A stretch of DNA of 63,934 nucleotides, the filler included, from Folioceros fuciformis (Eukaryota): the NCBI GenBank assembly GCA_049999805.1. It is 11 parts of 11 records of this genome, joined end to end, with 100 filler letters (N's around TTAATTAATTAA, not from the genome) between each part and the next. Parts side by side here need not be neighbours in the genome. Positions count along the whole stretch, not along the records: positions 1 to 6,220 come from JBNGIO010001894.1; positions 6,321 to 16,900 come from JBNGIO010001896.1; 9 more parts are not named here. One strand, written 5' to 3'. Positions 1 through 13,334 of this stretch are shown piece after piece. The number at the start of each line of letters is the position of its first letter. Position 1 is the stretch's first letter. The position numbers and the translations under genes were made by a program. The notes under the pieces are model-generated. The model was not told where the DNA came from. It was given only the letters and a program-made list of their open reading frames with translations, and searched no databases.

Positions 1-270
1 TTAATATTAAACTAATCACCCAACCCTATGGCCTGGTACCGAACCTGAACCTTCCCAGGTCTGGGACCAAACCTATACCCACTCTTATAACCAAACCAAC
101 TATTTCCTGGTCAATTAACTTAATTAGCACAAAAAAAAGAAAAAATGACCAGAAAATCAAGGAAAATTAGGGAAAATAAGTTGAAAAAGAAAACCAAACC
201 ATACCACTATTAACCCTTTTTCAACCAAAGCAAACTACTACCCCAAACTTTGGAGGTTCACAGCTAGCCA
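1..270. repeat. Dispersed AT-rich repeat module, second copy at 34969-35209
   Basis: Co-linear shared blocks ttaatattaaac, gggaccaaacctatacc, aaaaaatgaccagaaaat and tttggaggttcaca in both copies. Confidence 0.85.
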
Positions 271-1048
271 CTCCAATCAGCTGGCCTGCCTGCCTGCCGG
301 CTGGCTACCCCTCGAGCTCCCAGACTACCTGGCTTCGGTCGTGAATAACCCCAGCCAGCCCGACCCTCGGGCTGGCTCAGGTCCATCCAAGCCAGCTTGG
401 ATGCGCCGCCACCACCCGCCTTGCCAGCCAACCATGTGTACCGAGGCCACACACCAGCCTTGTTGGCTTTCGGGTCCAGCACCCTGCTCACTTGCCATGT
501 CTGGACTCGAACGGGACTGCTCACGCCTTGCCTGGCCACCTATCCCGCCCATTGCTCCAGTAACAGCCCTAGAGACCTGTAACCCCACGGCCATCTTCGG
601 CCTCGCTGCCCTCCAGACTCGGACTGACCGGCCTTCCAGCGTCGCCTAGCCCCAATCCGACACCACCTCTGCTTCCTGCTTGACTGGACCGAGCTAGGTT
701 GCAGCCTAAGCTTCCCAATAGCCGCCAACCTGGCTGCCTGCTCCCAAGTCCTCGGCCCCAAGTACCTCGATCTCCATTTCCCGCTTCTTCCAGCAACAGC
801 CAAAGGACCCCCAGCTCGCCTTCCACGATATCCTAGGGTGTCCTATTCCTCCGCTACCTTACCCTGAGGAACCAGAGCCCGTGCCCTATCTACCACACAA
901 CCTACCTACCTATCGGCTCACCATAAATCTAGCTACTATTCTAACCTAATCTCCCAACCTTTCCTCTACAGCACTCACTCACAGATCAAAAAAGAAAAAA
1001 GAAAACCTATTATTTCCCAGGGGTCTGTTCAGCATGTGGAGTGCACAG
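264..1048 (-). mobile_element. GC-rich segment of a Copia-derived repeat family (homologous to ~25030-25346)
   Basis: 735-1048 closely matches 25030-25346 (acctacctacctatcg, aatctagctactattctaacctaatctccc, agcatgtggagt); that copy runs into a Copia integrase. Confidence 0.7.
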
Positions 1049-1517
1049 TAGAGCATTAACTAGAATTTTTAGAGAGCTTGAACAATGGCATGTTGAGTTT
1101 CAACAAGATGATAAGATTCAACCTTGTTCAAAGAAGACAGTTTATAAACTATAACTGGTTTGTAATAAACTTGTGACTTAAAGATGGTCTATGTATGGAT
1201 TGGTTATGGTTGAGCTGTTTGCTGGAATTGCATCTAGTTTGGAGCGTGTGTTGGTTGCTCACTATGTAGTTAAGTGCTACATTTATTGTGATCCAGACGA
1301 AGTTTATTAGGCAATTGTCAAGGATAAATTGTTTAAGTTATGCAAAAAGCATTCAAAGCAGTTGAAAGTTGAAGCTATAAAACAATCGTTTTCTACTTGG
1401 CCACAAGATGTTAAACTCATTAGGTTGACATATGAAGGAACGAGTGGTAGACAAGAGAGCAGAACACTGATTGCTAAGAATGACTTATTGATGAGGTCAA
1501 AAAGTCTTAAATACATA

Positions 1518-3125
1518 ACATAAATAACAGTTCCCTACTTAACCCTAATTGATATATATATAACCTATCCATAACTAACCTAAGACATAGGCTAAAGTTA
1601 ATTCCCTTTAACACCCCCTCTTAGACTTAGCCGTGTCTTCGCGGGTTCGGGTTCTGTGCATAGAGACTAAGGAAAACCTGAGGACGGGCAGGCACCAGCG
1701 GACTCATCATCACGCTCGGCTTCACGCTTGGTGGGCCGCAGCACGCCCCCCCCTCCCCTCGCACTCTTTAGTACAGAGCTGATGGAGGCGTAATAAGAAG
1801 GCGGTGTGCAAGGATGGCAACCAACTTGGCTTCCACAACGGCAGGAATTGAGCTTATCCTTTTTGTGCTTGTCCATCTGCTGTGCTTGGCGATCATGAGG
1901 ACTCGCAGTAGCAAGGAGCTTTAGGCTCACCCTCATGCTAAGAAGCAGAAACGGAGAGTAGCTAGCCCACAACTCACAGCCTCAAGCATGGAGGCCTCCT
2001 CATCAGAGGTGGTGCCTCTGGGGAAAGATGAGGTCATCAAAGGCTGGGAATGGGATAACACACACACTGTTGGGCAGTATGTTTTCTTAGGGAACTATCA
2101 CGTTGAGCTGAACGTATCCCTAGTGGTTAGCAAAGTGAGGAAGAGAGATGCCTGCAGCTGCAAGCCTCCAAGCCGTGAAGAGAGTAAAGAAGGGAGACAG
2201 AGTCTTGTGTGGCAGTTAGAAAATACCATCAAGCTGCTGAACAGGATGAAGGAGGTCGGGTTTGACTAGAGCTAAAGGCTTAGGGTCACGAGCTAAATAT
2301 AAGATTAGGTAATCTTCCTGCTTCATCCTTCTACGGCTCGTGTGTTTTGGGTTCCAGGGTTCTAAAAATACTAACTTCCTCAGCACTTGGGTCTTGTGAT
2401 GCAGGTTGTCTGGCTGAGAGCTATGTAAACATCACAACGAGAAAGCAGGGCTACCATCCCCACCCCCCTCTCAACCAGATAAGTCTGCAGGTCACTGATC
2501 AAAGTATGTTGAAAAGTCATGTAGCCATAACCCTTGAATGTAGTGCTTGTGCTTGGGTAGTCCTTTTATGAGGATATCAGCCGTGTTCTCATCAGTGCCA
2601 ATATAGTCCACCTTGATTACTCCTCGAGCAACATCTCTGATATAGTGATGTTGAATTTCGATATGCTTTGTCCTTGCATGAAAGGTGGGCTTGGCAATGA
2701 ACTCAAGGGCTGCTGTGTTATTGTAGAGGATCAGAGTAGGCTGTTGCAAGACCTGTCCAAGGGAAGTGAGGAAACCACATTCCCATTCAGCTTCCTTGGA
2801 AGCTTCTGTTATAGACTTATACTTAGCCTCTGTGGAGCTTAAGGCTATGGAAAGCTATTTTTTACTACTCCAATTTATGGTAGCTCAGCTAAGGAGAAAA
2901 CAGTAGGTCGATAGACTCCTCCTTGAGTGAGAGTCAGAGCCCCAATCAACATCTGTGAAGCCGGTCAAAGTCAGCTGTGAGGCACCATTGCGCTTATACA
3001 TAAGGCCATATGTGCATGTGCCTTTGAGGTAATGGAAGATCCTCTTAACAGCTGTCCAATGTACTCTCCCGAGTTTCTCAAGAAACTGTGAGGCAGTGCT
3101 GACTGCATACTAAATATCTGGCATG
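1518..3125 (-). mobile_element. Degenerate Ty1/Copia 3' end: RT/RNase H remnant, PPT and start of 3' LTR
   Basis: ORF 2492..2749 PTFHARTKHIEIQHHYIRD...ENTADILIKGL; minus-strand AAGAGGGGG (1614-1622) followed by TGTTAAAG at 1613; left boundary approximate. Confidence 0.85.
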
Positions 3126-3139
3126 GTCCAATTTGCAAC

Positions 3140-3525
3140 GAATAGGAGGCTACCAACGGCATGCCTCTACGCTGAGTACAGAGTGCTCACCGCATCAGCA
3201 AAGGAAATAATATGGTGCATCTTGCTGTTTCGTGAGATGGGCATAGGTTTACCAACCTGTACAGTGGTTCGCACAGACAATCAAGGTTCTATGCTGCTGG
3301 CACATAATCCCGTTTTTCATGCTAGAACGAAACATGTGGAGGTGGAGTACCACTTCATCCGTGATCTCATCAAAGCAGGAAAGATCAGTCTTGAGTATAC
3401 CAACACAAGAAAATCTAGCAGATATTCTAACTAAAGCTCTAGGAAAAGAGCTACATGAGAGACATGTTAAAAGTCTTGGCCTAGGAGACTCCTCTAAGTT
3501 CCTAGGCACAGAAACGAAAGACTAA
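3140..3525 (+). mobile_element. Ty1/Copia RNase H remnant (frameshifted)
   Basis: AEYRVLTASAKEIIW...DNQGSMLLAHNPVFHARTKHVEVEYHFIRD, then QENLADILTKAL in another frame. Confidence 0.9.
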
Positions 3526-6220
3526 AAACAAAAAGCAACAGGTTCTAACTGCGACTACTGAAGAGGAATTGTCATATGAAGTATAGCAATTGAAAATCTC
3601 ACCTCTATGCCTTGAGTAATGAGTGCCCCCATCAAATTCATATTCACCCGACTTTGGACTATCTACAGCTTCCTCTGACTATTCAGATAGGTCCTGATTA
3701 TCCAGAGGCCGGCGTGACTTCTTCTATGCTCTTCTCTTTTTGCCAGAAAGTTTGTCTTCAGACTACAGATCAGATTCCTCTAACAGACGAGTGTTGGATC
3801 CTGTCACAAGTAGTGGGAGCTTATGGGTTACCCACATCAGGCATTAGAAAAGCAAATCGTAAAGCAATTTTCAGAGGTGGTGACTTACTGCATGTGCTCA
3901 AAATGTGCCCAGGGAACAGCTAGCAATCTTCCACCCTCACACATTTCATTACATCCTTGGTGCAACCGACATGGACAGAATACCAGAGAGGGCTGCGAGG
4001 GTGTTTGACAGATATGAATGTCACAATCTGTGTCTCCTTCAACAGGTCGGATGGCTTAGGGAAGCGGAAATCTTCACTAGGGTTAGACTCAAATTAACAG
4101 GATGCAAATTTGGCACTCGGAACCTTAGTAGGAAGAACTTTCCTTGCAGGCTTGGAGGTGATAGTGGTTGGACGAGGTGCAGAAGTACCACCCATCAAAC
4201 TTCTCGGAGCAGGTGTATCCTCACAGTACTATTTACACCTTGGCTTACGTTTCCCGCAGCCTGCAGCTTCCGAATCCCTTGGGTTCCCTTTGTTCTAGTC
4301 AACTACTCCAGCAGAGGAGAACCGGCCTAGTGCATCTCTAGTCTGGAATCGTCGCTTGGAAGGAGAAGGTTCAGTGACAAAGAAATCTTGCTCAAAATCG
4401 CTATTCTTTTGTTGAGGTGGTTTAGAAGAGCAAGACTGAGGGCGTAAAGGAGAATTAACAAGGGAGCAAACTTGTACTCATGCCCCCGTTTTGTGCTGGT
4501 ACAGCATTCCATCATGTTAGGAAGTGTCATGAAGTCGTGGGAGGAGCACTACGCAATGGCGACACCGCAATGGAACTCGCTCAATCCGGAGCTCAACTCC
4601 ACACAATTCTACGAGTAGATTACAGCAGCCAGGACTATCCTTGAACCTTTATCAGCAAGTAGGAGTAATGATATGTAGTGCTGATAATGATTCAAGGGTT
4701 TACGTTGATTAAATTGAGATATGTTGAGCTAGGGCTAAGTACATATGTAGTGTCATTTCATTAGGGTTACGTCTCACGTGAATAGTTACAACGTTTTGTT
4801 TAGTTTTAAGTTGTTTTCATCGTATAAACAATAATGCTCTTTTTCTTAAAATAACAATGTAAATGTTTAATAGGTTATTTACTTGTTTTGCATTTACTCA
4901 TATAAATTATCAAAAACGGACTTGGAGAACTAGCTCAGAGCATCTCAAGGGGAACTAGAGAGGTCGCGGTCCGAGATGGAAGCCATCCATGCTAAGGACT
5001 AGTAGGCATGTAGAAAACGGGACTCGGACTCCTTGGTTGCTTGCCGACAACATCCGTCGGACATGTATCAGTACAAGAAGGAGCGCAATTGGGCTCTCAA
5101 AGTGGAGAGGGAGGCTTCTCGGAAGCTGGCGGAGGCCGCTCAACAAGTGGAGGAGATGGACCAAACTACGGACCTCGTAGGCGGCCGAAAAAGCAACCCA
5201 CTACGAGGTCCGCGCTCACGCAGACTCGCGAGACCATGTAGAGTCATGGAGAAGTCTGGGAGCAGGAGAGGAAGCAAATCGTGGATCAAGTGAACGGCTT
5301 CTGGAGCAAGGCTAAAGAGTCGCTTCGAGACCCAGGAGGATCATCGCAAAGTCACCCTACTCCGGGCACGGAGAGGAGTTGTGTCTGCCCTCCGTCTTCG
5401 GGAATCGGCAACGGTCACCTCTACCGCTTTGGAAGACCTTTGTCAACATGTCAACACCATCGTGGCCCAACACGTTGAACTCCCAAAGGCACGATGGCGA
5501 CCGGAGTACAGGACCCTCCAGAGAATGGTGTGTCATCCAATAGTTGGATGACAGTCATGCCTTCTTCCATGGGGAGGTACTTTGAATCCTGACCAAGATG
5601 GCGGAGGAGGTATTAATAGGGCCTACACCCATGGGTGAACGAATGGCTCCAAGTAGCCTTGACCACCCCACCACCGGACCTACAACTATTAGTTCGGTCT
5701 CCTGAAGCCGGCTCTACCAACCTACCAATTGCAATTGGAGGAGTAAAATTACTGTGCCTAGCCTCATTGACACACAGATCTCCCACAAATTCCTCCTCCG
5801 GACCCATCCGGTCCACTTCGCTATCGCCTCATTAAGATAAGCCAGCTATTGTTTGGCAGGACTAGCCTGCCCAAGTCTTAGGATAATTTTGCATTTATGA
5901 TTATCTCTCGGGCTCCAGGCCCGCATTTACTATAAAGAACGGACGTGCTATCACAGCAGGGGCCTCAAATTGTTCTACATTTGTGACCAGTTCCTTCTTC
6001 TCCCCTCCGCCTCCATCCTCTCGCTCACCACCTTTAGAGAGGATGGCATTAGCCTCTGTTCTAGGCTGTTGCCGTCGATTGGGCTCCGCTCTCCACCGGA
6101 TACTAGGAGTGAACTCCTAACGGGAGGTTGTGCTGACCCTTCCCCGTCCGAAGACCAAGTCCATAACCTGCGTGAGAGATTGTGGAATGATTACGACGTT
6201 TGAGGGATAAAGTCGGTGAC

Positions 6221-6320
6221 NNNNNNNNNNNNNNNNNNNNNNNNNNNNNNNNNNNNNNNNNNNNTTAATTAATTAANNNNNNNNNNNNNNNNNNNNNNNN
6301 NNNNNNNNNNNNNNNNNNNN
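6221..6320. other. Artificial contig linker; also at 16901, 20868, 22953, 30690, 34007, 47976, 56528, 58438, 60644
   Basis: Ten identical 100-bp N44-TTAATTAATTAA-N44 spacers with stop codons in all six frames. Confidence 0.98.
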
Positions 6321-6560
6321 CACGGATCTGCGGGTCTGCATGCGTTTTGAATCCGAAACTGGTTGTTTTGACTGAGTGTCGGGGTCGGGGCATGGTGGTT
6401 AGGGAGCCGTGGTTTGAAAAATTGCTTGATGGCAGTAGCCATCCCTGCTGGTAGTCTATGCATGCAACTGGCTCCGTGGTTCCGATCCGCACTTTTTGTT
6501 TGGAGGATCGTTGGCGTGATGTGATGTGAGTGATGTGATGCGGTGTGGCATGGCGTGCAG

Positions 6561-7839
6561 GTGCAAATCCAGCTTGGGGAGGGTAATGCAACTACTGTAG
6601 CCAGGAATGTTCTAGCGAAAGACGGGGTTGGTGGGTTCTACAAGGTACACTGTTGTTACCCCCGGATGCTTGCCTACTCCCGCTCCATATATCATCGCCT
6701 TATTGGTGTTTGCCTATTGAGCAGGGTCTCTCGGCAGGTCTTTTGAGGCAGGCTACTTACACCACTGCGCGTCTCGGCAGCTTCAGGCAATTCCATGTTG
6801 CTTTCATGGGCCCCTAGTTGTGGTGTCCGAGAATTGGTTTGAGCTTGACCTTGCTTTACACTCTTTTCAACGGATTTTCTCTGTGGTTTTGCAGATTGCT
6901 GACGGCCAAAGCTGTGGAGGCAAACGAGGGAAAGCCTCTTCCTTTGTACCAGAAAGCACTGTGTGGGCTGACAGCTGGGGCAATTGGTGCCACGATCGGG
7001 AGCCCAGCAGATCTAGCTTTGATTCGTATGCAGGCTGACTCTACGCTGCCAGTGCATCAACGGAGAAATTACAAGAATGCCTTCCATGCTCTATACCGTA
7101 TAGCGGCTGACGAGGGTACTTTGGCCTTGTGGAAAGGTGCTGGCCCAACAGTGGTTCGGGCCATGGCTTTGAACATGGGCATGCTTGCATCGTATGACCA
7201 AAGTGTGGAACTATTCCGTGACCAGTTGAACTTGCCGGAGATTCCCACTGTTCTTGGTGAGTGTAAACTTTTTCACGGTTGCCGGTGCTTGTGTGTCTCG
7301 TCTCTCTGCGAAGATGCCTTTTTGTAAAGGATGTGCGGTTGCTCGTCCAAGTTCTCTTTTAGCCGTTTTTGAAGCCAAGTATGTACAAGGAACCGTCGCG
7401 TGAACTCAGGCTGTGAGCGATGTCAGGTTCTGAGCCCCAATCTTGTGCAGGTGCTAGTGCGGTCTCTGGCTTCTTTGCGTCTGCTTGTAGTCTGCCCTTC
7501 GACTACGTGAAGACACAGATTCAGAAGATGCAGCCCGGCCCCGATGGGAAGTTCCCATACTCAGGTTCGGTGGACTGTGCAGTTCGTACTTTGAAGGAGG
7601 GTGGGTTCCTCAAGTTCTACACTGGGTTTGGAACTTACTGCATTCGAATTGCTCCTCATGTGATGGTAAGTTGCTCAATCCAGTCCACCGAGCGCTTACT
7701 ACTTGTCAAGATCTTCCGGCAACTGCACAGTCGGAAAATCCTGCAAGCTTGATCTCACTAGTACTCCTGTTTTGAAACACAGATGACGTGGATTTTCCTC
7801 AATCAACTGCAAAACTTGGAAAAGTCGGTTGGTCTCTGA
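6561..7839 (+). CDS. DTC: Mitochondrial dicarboxylate/tricarboxylate carrier (5' end lost at contig edge)
   Basis: Exons 6561-6644, 6725-6786, 6895-7256, 7451-7665, 7783-7839; GLSAGLLRQATYTTARLG, PADLALIRMQAD, PFDYVKTQIQKM, RIAPHVMMTWIFLNQL. Confidence 0.95.
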
Positions 7840-8972
7840 GGGCGTGAGGCGGCGTTTAATCCCTCCCCATCTCGGATGGCTTCTCTTATTCATCAAGAGC
7901 TTGAGGTATAGTATAATGGGCACTCTTAGGGTTTCTTGAGCATTGAGAGCGCACATTGTCGCATTTTTGTAGGAGGTATTACATTTGTTATCCCCTAACG
8001 CCAATTTAGGGACAGTCAACAAGGACTTTTCGTAGTCGGCGATATTAGATATTTGCTCTGGGCGTGTTTTGTTTTCAGCAACGCCCTACTACCTGCATTA
8101 CTTCGACAAAAGATGTTATGGCTGTCTACAGGCCGTGATTTTGTATCTGCCAGTCTAGTCGATTATAATCAATGGGGTTGGTTCGCACGGTTACGATCTG
8201 TGATACACCTCTCGGCGTTTGTGCACTTAAATTTGTTATCGGTAGGGATGAGAGTGAACGATGTTGTCCACCGGATTTGATGGTCTTAAGACTGTAGGGT
8301 TGTAACACGCGCACAATTACGTCACAGCTTGGGACGAATGGTGCATCACTAACAGTTTGCCTCAACATCACTTTTCAAGGCAACAAGAAGTGTAGCTCTT
8401 ATCACAGACAGAATTGAGACTGTAAAATAAAGGATAGCCGTATCCTGGAGTCACAACTTGGAATACACGAGAGTGGACAACAAACTCCCTTAGCAGTTTC
8501 CTCGAAAAGGGCAACACATGCGTTCAACAACTACAATATAAAGTTAGACGAATAAAAAGAACCCGGTTTCCCGAGAGTACTCAGTCTTGCTTCAGTCATG
8601 CCATGCCCCCATCGCTCACTAAAGAAGCACTTCGGTGGAGCCACACCCGAAGCATACAGTATTTACAGCGCACTCCTCTTGTCCCAATTCCAGACGCGCA
8701 CCTTCTCCAATGAAAAACTTCTCCGATCCCCAAAGATGGATCCCACACGCAGCTTCAATAGTTAGCAAGAGCTGCAGCAAAATTGGCTCACCAGCTTCCA
8801 AATCAACAAAATTCTGTAAAAACTCTCCGGGATGACGCTTGCATGGAGCCAATTGATCCCACAAAGATGAAAGTGACCCACCCAAAGGCCACACTCAGGC
8901 CTGCCTGCTACAATCCGTGATAGTCATCAGAATATAAAACGCCTTGCAATGCGATCCACTGATCGTCACTCC

Positions 8973-11900
8973 TCACGGGCGCATGAAGGGCTCAAACAGA
9001 GTAACACACGAATTAGGGTCATGGCGCATGATCTTGGCGGCGCGATAGAATTCATCTCGCAGCACACGGATGCTGTGCCTATCCACAATTCTTCCGAGAT
9101 CATGTGTCACCTCAAATGGGTCTTCTATGCAGATTAGGTGGCGTTCATTGCCAACTCTCCTTGTCCAGTCTTTTTGATCTTTGCTGCAGAGTCACAACAC
9201 CCGAGAGGCAGTAAGCAAAAGTTAGGAGGTAAACACAAACCTGAGCTTCAAGCAGATCCTGGTCAGCAAACCCAAAGTTGTGTATCATGTGTCTGACCTC
9301 AAAAATGAACCAGTCCTAACAGATATTACTGCACGGTTATAATCATGTCGGAATGCCCAGTATTCAAAGAAGGCTGTGACTAGTTCACCAAGACTCTCCT
9401 TGTTCTGAGAACCAAAGTTTGTCAGAGTTTCGACCTTGTCATAATATGCACATTCAACCCTACCGATTTTAACTCTATAAGTGATTGGCATTCCCTGCGC
9501 AGACATTTGTACCAAATTGTTAGATACGGCCACCAGAATTGCACCCGAACACAGAGCCCTGCACTCCCGCACACAAGGGACGTACCTGCTGAAGACAAGG
9601 GAGAATCGCAGGCTTGCGCTGCTGTAGGAAGTGAACACACATGAGAACATACCTGTCAAAAGTGCACAGGTAGCCCAACATTTACTACCATGCTCACTGT
9701 GAGACATGAAAAATTCCAGAGACATGTAAGACCACCAGGAGCATAAGATGGGATGAAGATGAAAGAGACATACGCATAACTCGAAAGAGTGCCACGATAG
9801 GTCTCATTAACTTGCCGACGCTTCGCCCAATGTTTTACTATGAAAGCGAGCTGCCGCAGACGAACATCAACCTTTGAATAGTCATGAAGTAGCTTGGAGT
9901 TCACAACCGCCAGCATGTTGTTGACACATATGTCGCAAGACATCCCTGTGTTTGAATCAGTGAACTTCACAATAGGTACTCGCGCGTGCGTTAAAGCCTG
10001 GACACACGAGAGTCAGCACTCTATATGAGCGGAATGCTACACAAGACAATTTTAGTACACTGAAAAGGCGTACAGCTCCTCTGCGTTCCCACTGCATCAA
10101 AACCAAGTTTCTTTTCAAACGCAGAGACCACCATCAGCCTCACCTGGACACTCTGCATGCCGTGCACCCTCAGAATGTTTGCCATTCTGGTGACAAGCTC
10201 GGCTTTACTAGTCTGTTCGTCGTTAACTGATAAACAAATGTCAATGTCGCTGTTGCACACACCAAAAGCATTTGCACATGATCCAAATAGGAAAAGCCGG
10301 GCCCCTGGCCACTCTTGTGCAACAATGTTGTCTAGGCGAGATAGGAATTTTCTTCTTCTTTTCTCCTCATCTTCTAGCGGTATTAAGGAATCATATATGC
10401 TAAGCAATTGAGGGGTAATGTCCTCCATATTGGGGCGATATTGCGAATCCGCTCTGATAGTTCCCCGCCTCTGATACTGAGACAACTGATCTCCTTCCTG
10501 AGGACCCCACCAGCCTAAGGCAGTTAATCTCTAACCGCACTGTTCCGCACACACAACCCCGGCCCGGAAAACAATAACAGACTGCAGGCATGAAGATGCA
10601 TACCTCGCGAGCCTTGAGGAAAGAACTTCCACCTGATAACTGTTTGGAGCTATCAAGGTGTGAGGACGTTTCTTGCTCGTCCACCATGTCCAGATAGCTG
10701 AAATCTCGCAATAACTCTTCTTCCTCTTCTTTTCCTAAATAATAGTCATTACCTGCCAACTCTGGTAACAGGAATGAGTAACCGTTCTCTCGCCCTTTAT
10801 CCTCCACCCCATTCAATTGCTGTAGGGATTCCTCCAAAGCAGAGCCTGGGGTTGAGCCCGATAAATTGCTCAAAGGTAGGCCAGGATGGTCAAGCTGTGA
10901 CGTGAGAGAAGGAGCTTGTGAAAGCGCTGGAGCCCCGTTCCCATTCACATCCTTCAATGATCGAGATGGGGACTGAACACCATCGTGCGGCTGAGTGTCA
11001 GAAACATGTCGGAAGGTCTGGATCGATCCATGCGATGGCTGCTTCAAGCGCCACTCCTGTTGTTGCCCTCTCCGGCGCTTGAGCTCGTCTCTGACCTTCT
11101 GTGGGCCCCCTTCCTCAGTCCGTAGTCTGTTTTCATCCTTGCTCACCTGAAATGGATCTCCAATCCGGTGAGCTAACATAAAAACTTGCACAATCTCTTA
11201 ACATAAGAAATTTGACGAAGACATTTGACATAGAGCAAAAGCGCTGAAGGGAAAACGCAACATGCGGACCATCGCTGAAGGAAACCTGAACAAGGAACAA
11301 AATGAAGGAGAAGTGTCCGATACAGGGTCATGCAAGATCCATGGGTTTTTGTTGCAACTACCTGCAAATTACCGATCACATACTGGCCCTTATCCAAGCT
11401 TTCGAGATGATCCTTTACTCCTCCAATGGCAAAGTGCACAGGGTCACAATCTTTCTCCCTCTGCCTGTCGTTCACCACAACCCATTGGCCGGCATTGCTT
11501 CTGCCAGCTCTCCGGCCTCCATCGGCCCGGGCAACAGTACTGGCTCGCCTCCCACCTTTGGTCATATCTCTAGCAAGCTCACGGCTCACTTCACTGTCAA
11601 ACTGATCTTTATATTGGTTATCGTGCACATCAGGAAGGCCTACGCTTGATGGCACGTGAATTTCCAAGGCTCTCGGATTCTTCGTATATATTCCATCCCG
11701 CACTCTCCCATGTGTGAGATGATTGCCCAACACCCGTTGCAGATGTGAGAGACCTGCAGGCAAGAAAGCTCAGCATAGTCAGAAACCAAATCATTCTCAA
11801 TCCAAAGTCGAATTTTGTTTTTTCGTCCCGAAACCCAGAGTGCAAATTCAAAACAAGAAGGTGGCGTAAAAGAAGAGGATAAAACTAGCAACAAAAAACC

Positions 11901-13334
11901 CTCTCCCACTGGGGTATACATCTTCGATCATACTTAACAGGTTTCCAGATTTCCAGGCCCCTACATACAAACGGAAGAGGAAATAGGAATAGGAGTAATA
12001 CCTTGGGGAACCTCACGATCAGCAAAAATACGTGCTTCCTCTAAGCCCGTCCATCCAAAAGCACTTCCGTCTTTCAACTCTAAGCTCTCTGGAAGCATAA
12101 TACCGGGGAACGGGTACCCCGAAGGCTCGGTATCGGGGAGTAGACCAAGGTCCTTTGGGAGCAAGCTGGCGCCCAACGTTCGCAGATCTCCAGCATGATG
12201 ATCCATACCAACTGAGGACCGCAGATCTCCAGACTGCAAAAACATCTCTCTCAGCGCGGACCTGTCAAAACTCAGAGCTTCCGGATGCAGAGATCCGGGA
12301 GTGGACCCCAGGTCCAGGCCTCCGTTGGAGCTGCTGCTGGAAGTAGACCATGAGCGACCCAGCAAATCGTCTGCAACCACTTCACTCCTCTTGGGCGGCC
12401 CGATAGGGCCATGCATCACAGGCGGGGCGGGCTTTTGACCTGCTGGCTTCCCAAGATCTACCGTCCGCAGCGCGGGCGAGGAGGAGATTGCGATCTGAGC
12501 GTTTCCCGCGCTTCCCAAGAGCAGCTGCAGAAGCTCCGGACCGTTGCCGTGAAACTGAGCCTGAGTAAGCCGTTGGTGCTGCTGCTGCGGCTGCTGCTGG
12601 GATGGAGGTGGTGGAGCTGGCCAAGACCTCCCGCCCACCACATTTCCGGGCTCCGCCGCAACCTGTCGCACCTGCTGCGATGGCGAGGCCGCCCAAGACG
12701 GCTCCGCATTCCTGTGGGGCTCGTTGAGGACGTGCTTGCCTCCATACCGCGCCGAGAAAGATTGAGGCAACAGCGGCACGGCCGGCTGCAGCTGGTGGAA
12801 GAGCTGCGGCACCCGGCCCGCGGGGCCCGTCGCCTGGCCAGGGCCTGCCCCGTAGAAAGCCGGGTGCTGGAAATTAGTCTGGCCGGCCGCAATCCCGTGG
12901 TGCGCTTGCTGTTTCAACAGAGCCGATTGCAGGATATCCTCGGAAGTAAGGCCCTTGTGCTGTTGTTGTTGCTGCTGCTGCTGCTTGTGCTGGTGGTAAG
13001 GGTGGGCAGGCCCGAGCGCCGCCAGCGCGGGATCAGCCGCCCAGGAAGCGGCGACCCCACCATCGTCCACAACGGAATGCTGGCCTCCAGGATATCTCCC
13101 ATCTCCCACAGGCTTACCCAGTCCAGCGGCGCTGCTGGTGCCACCGCCGCCGCCCTGCTGCAAAAGCTGCAGCAGAATTTCTCCGTTACTCCCCGACGGC
13201 GCTGCCGCCGCGTCGGACGTAGGCGTCTGCCTCCGGCTGCCGGGAGGCTCACCGATGACGCCCAGATTGGCGGAGTAAGAAATAAAAGGGAGGGGATGGT
13301 TCCCGGGGGGATGAAAGGGAGAGGAGGGGGTCAT
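8973..13334 (-). CDS. URT1: UTP:RNA uridylyltransferase 1 (Cid1-like TUTase), multi-exon
   Basis: Long Q/P/G-rich N-terminus (exon 1 13334-12002); [19 protein letters not shown] catalytic motif; [47 protein letters not shown]; stop at 8973-8975; internal exon limits not all resolved. Confidence 0.93.

Noticed and set aside
4900-6220. Short ORFs as genes
   Set aside because: No recognisable domain; probably degenerate retroelement sequence that I cannot classify
6265-6276. Recurrent TTAATTAATTAA palindrome as a biological repeat or CRISPR-like spacer
   Set aside because: Always centred in 100-bp N blocks; it is an assembly linker
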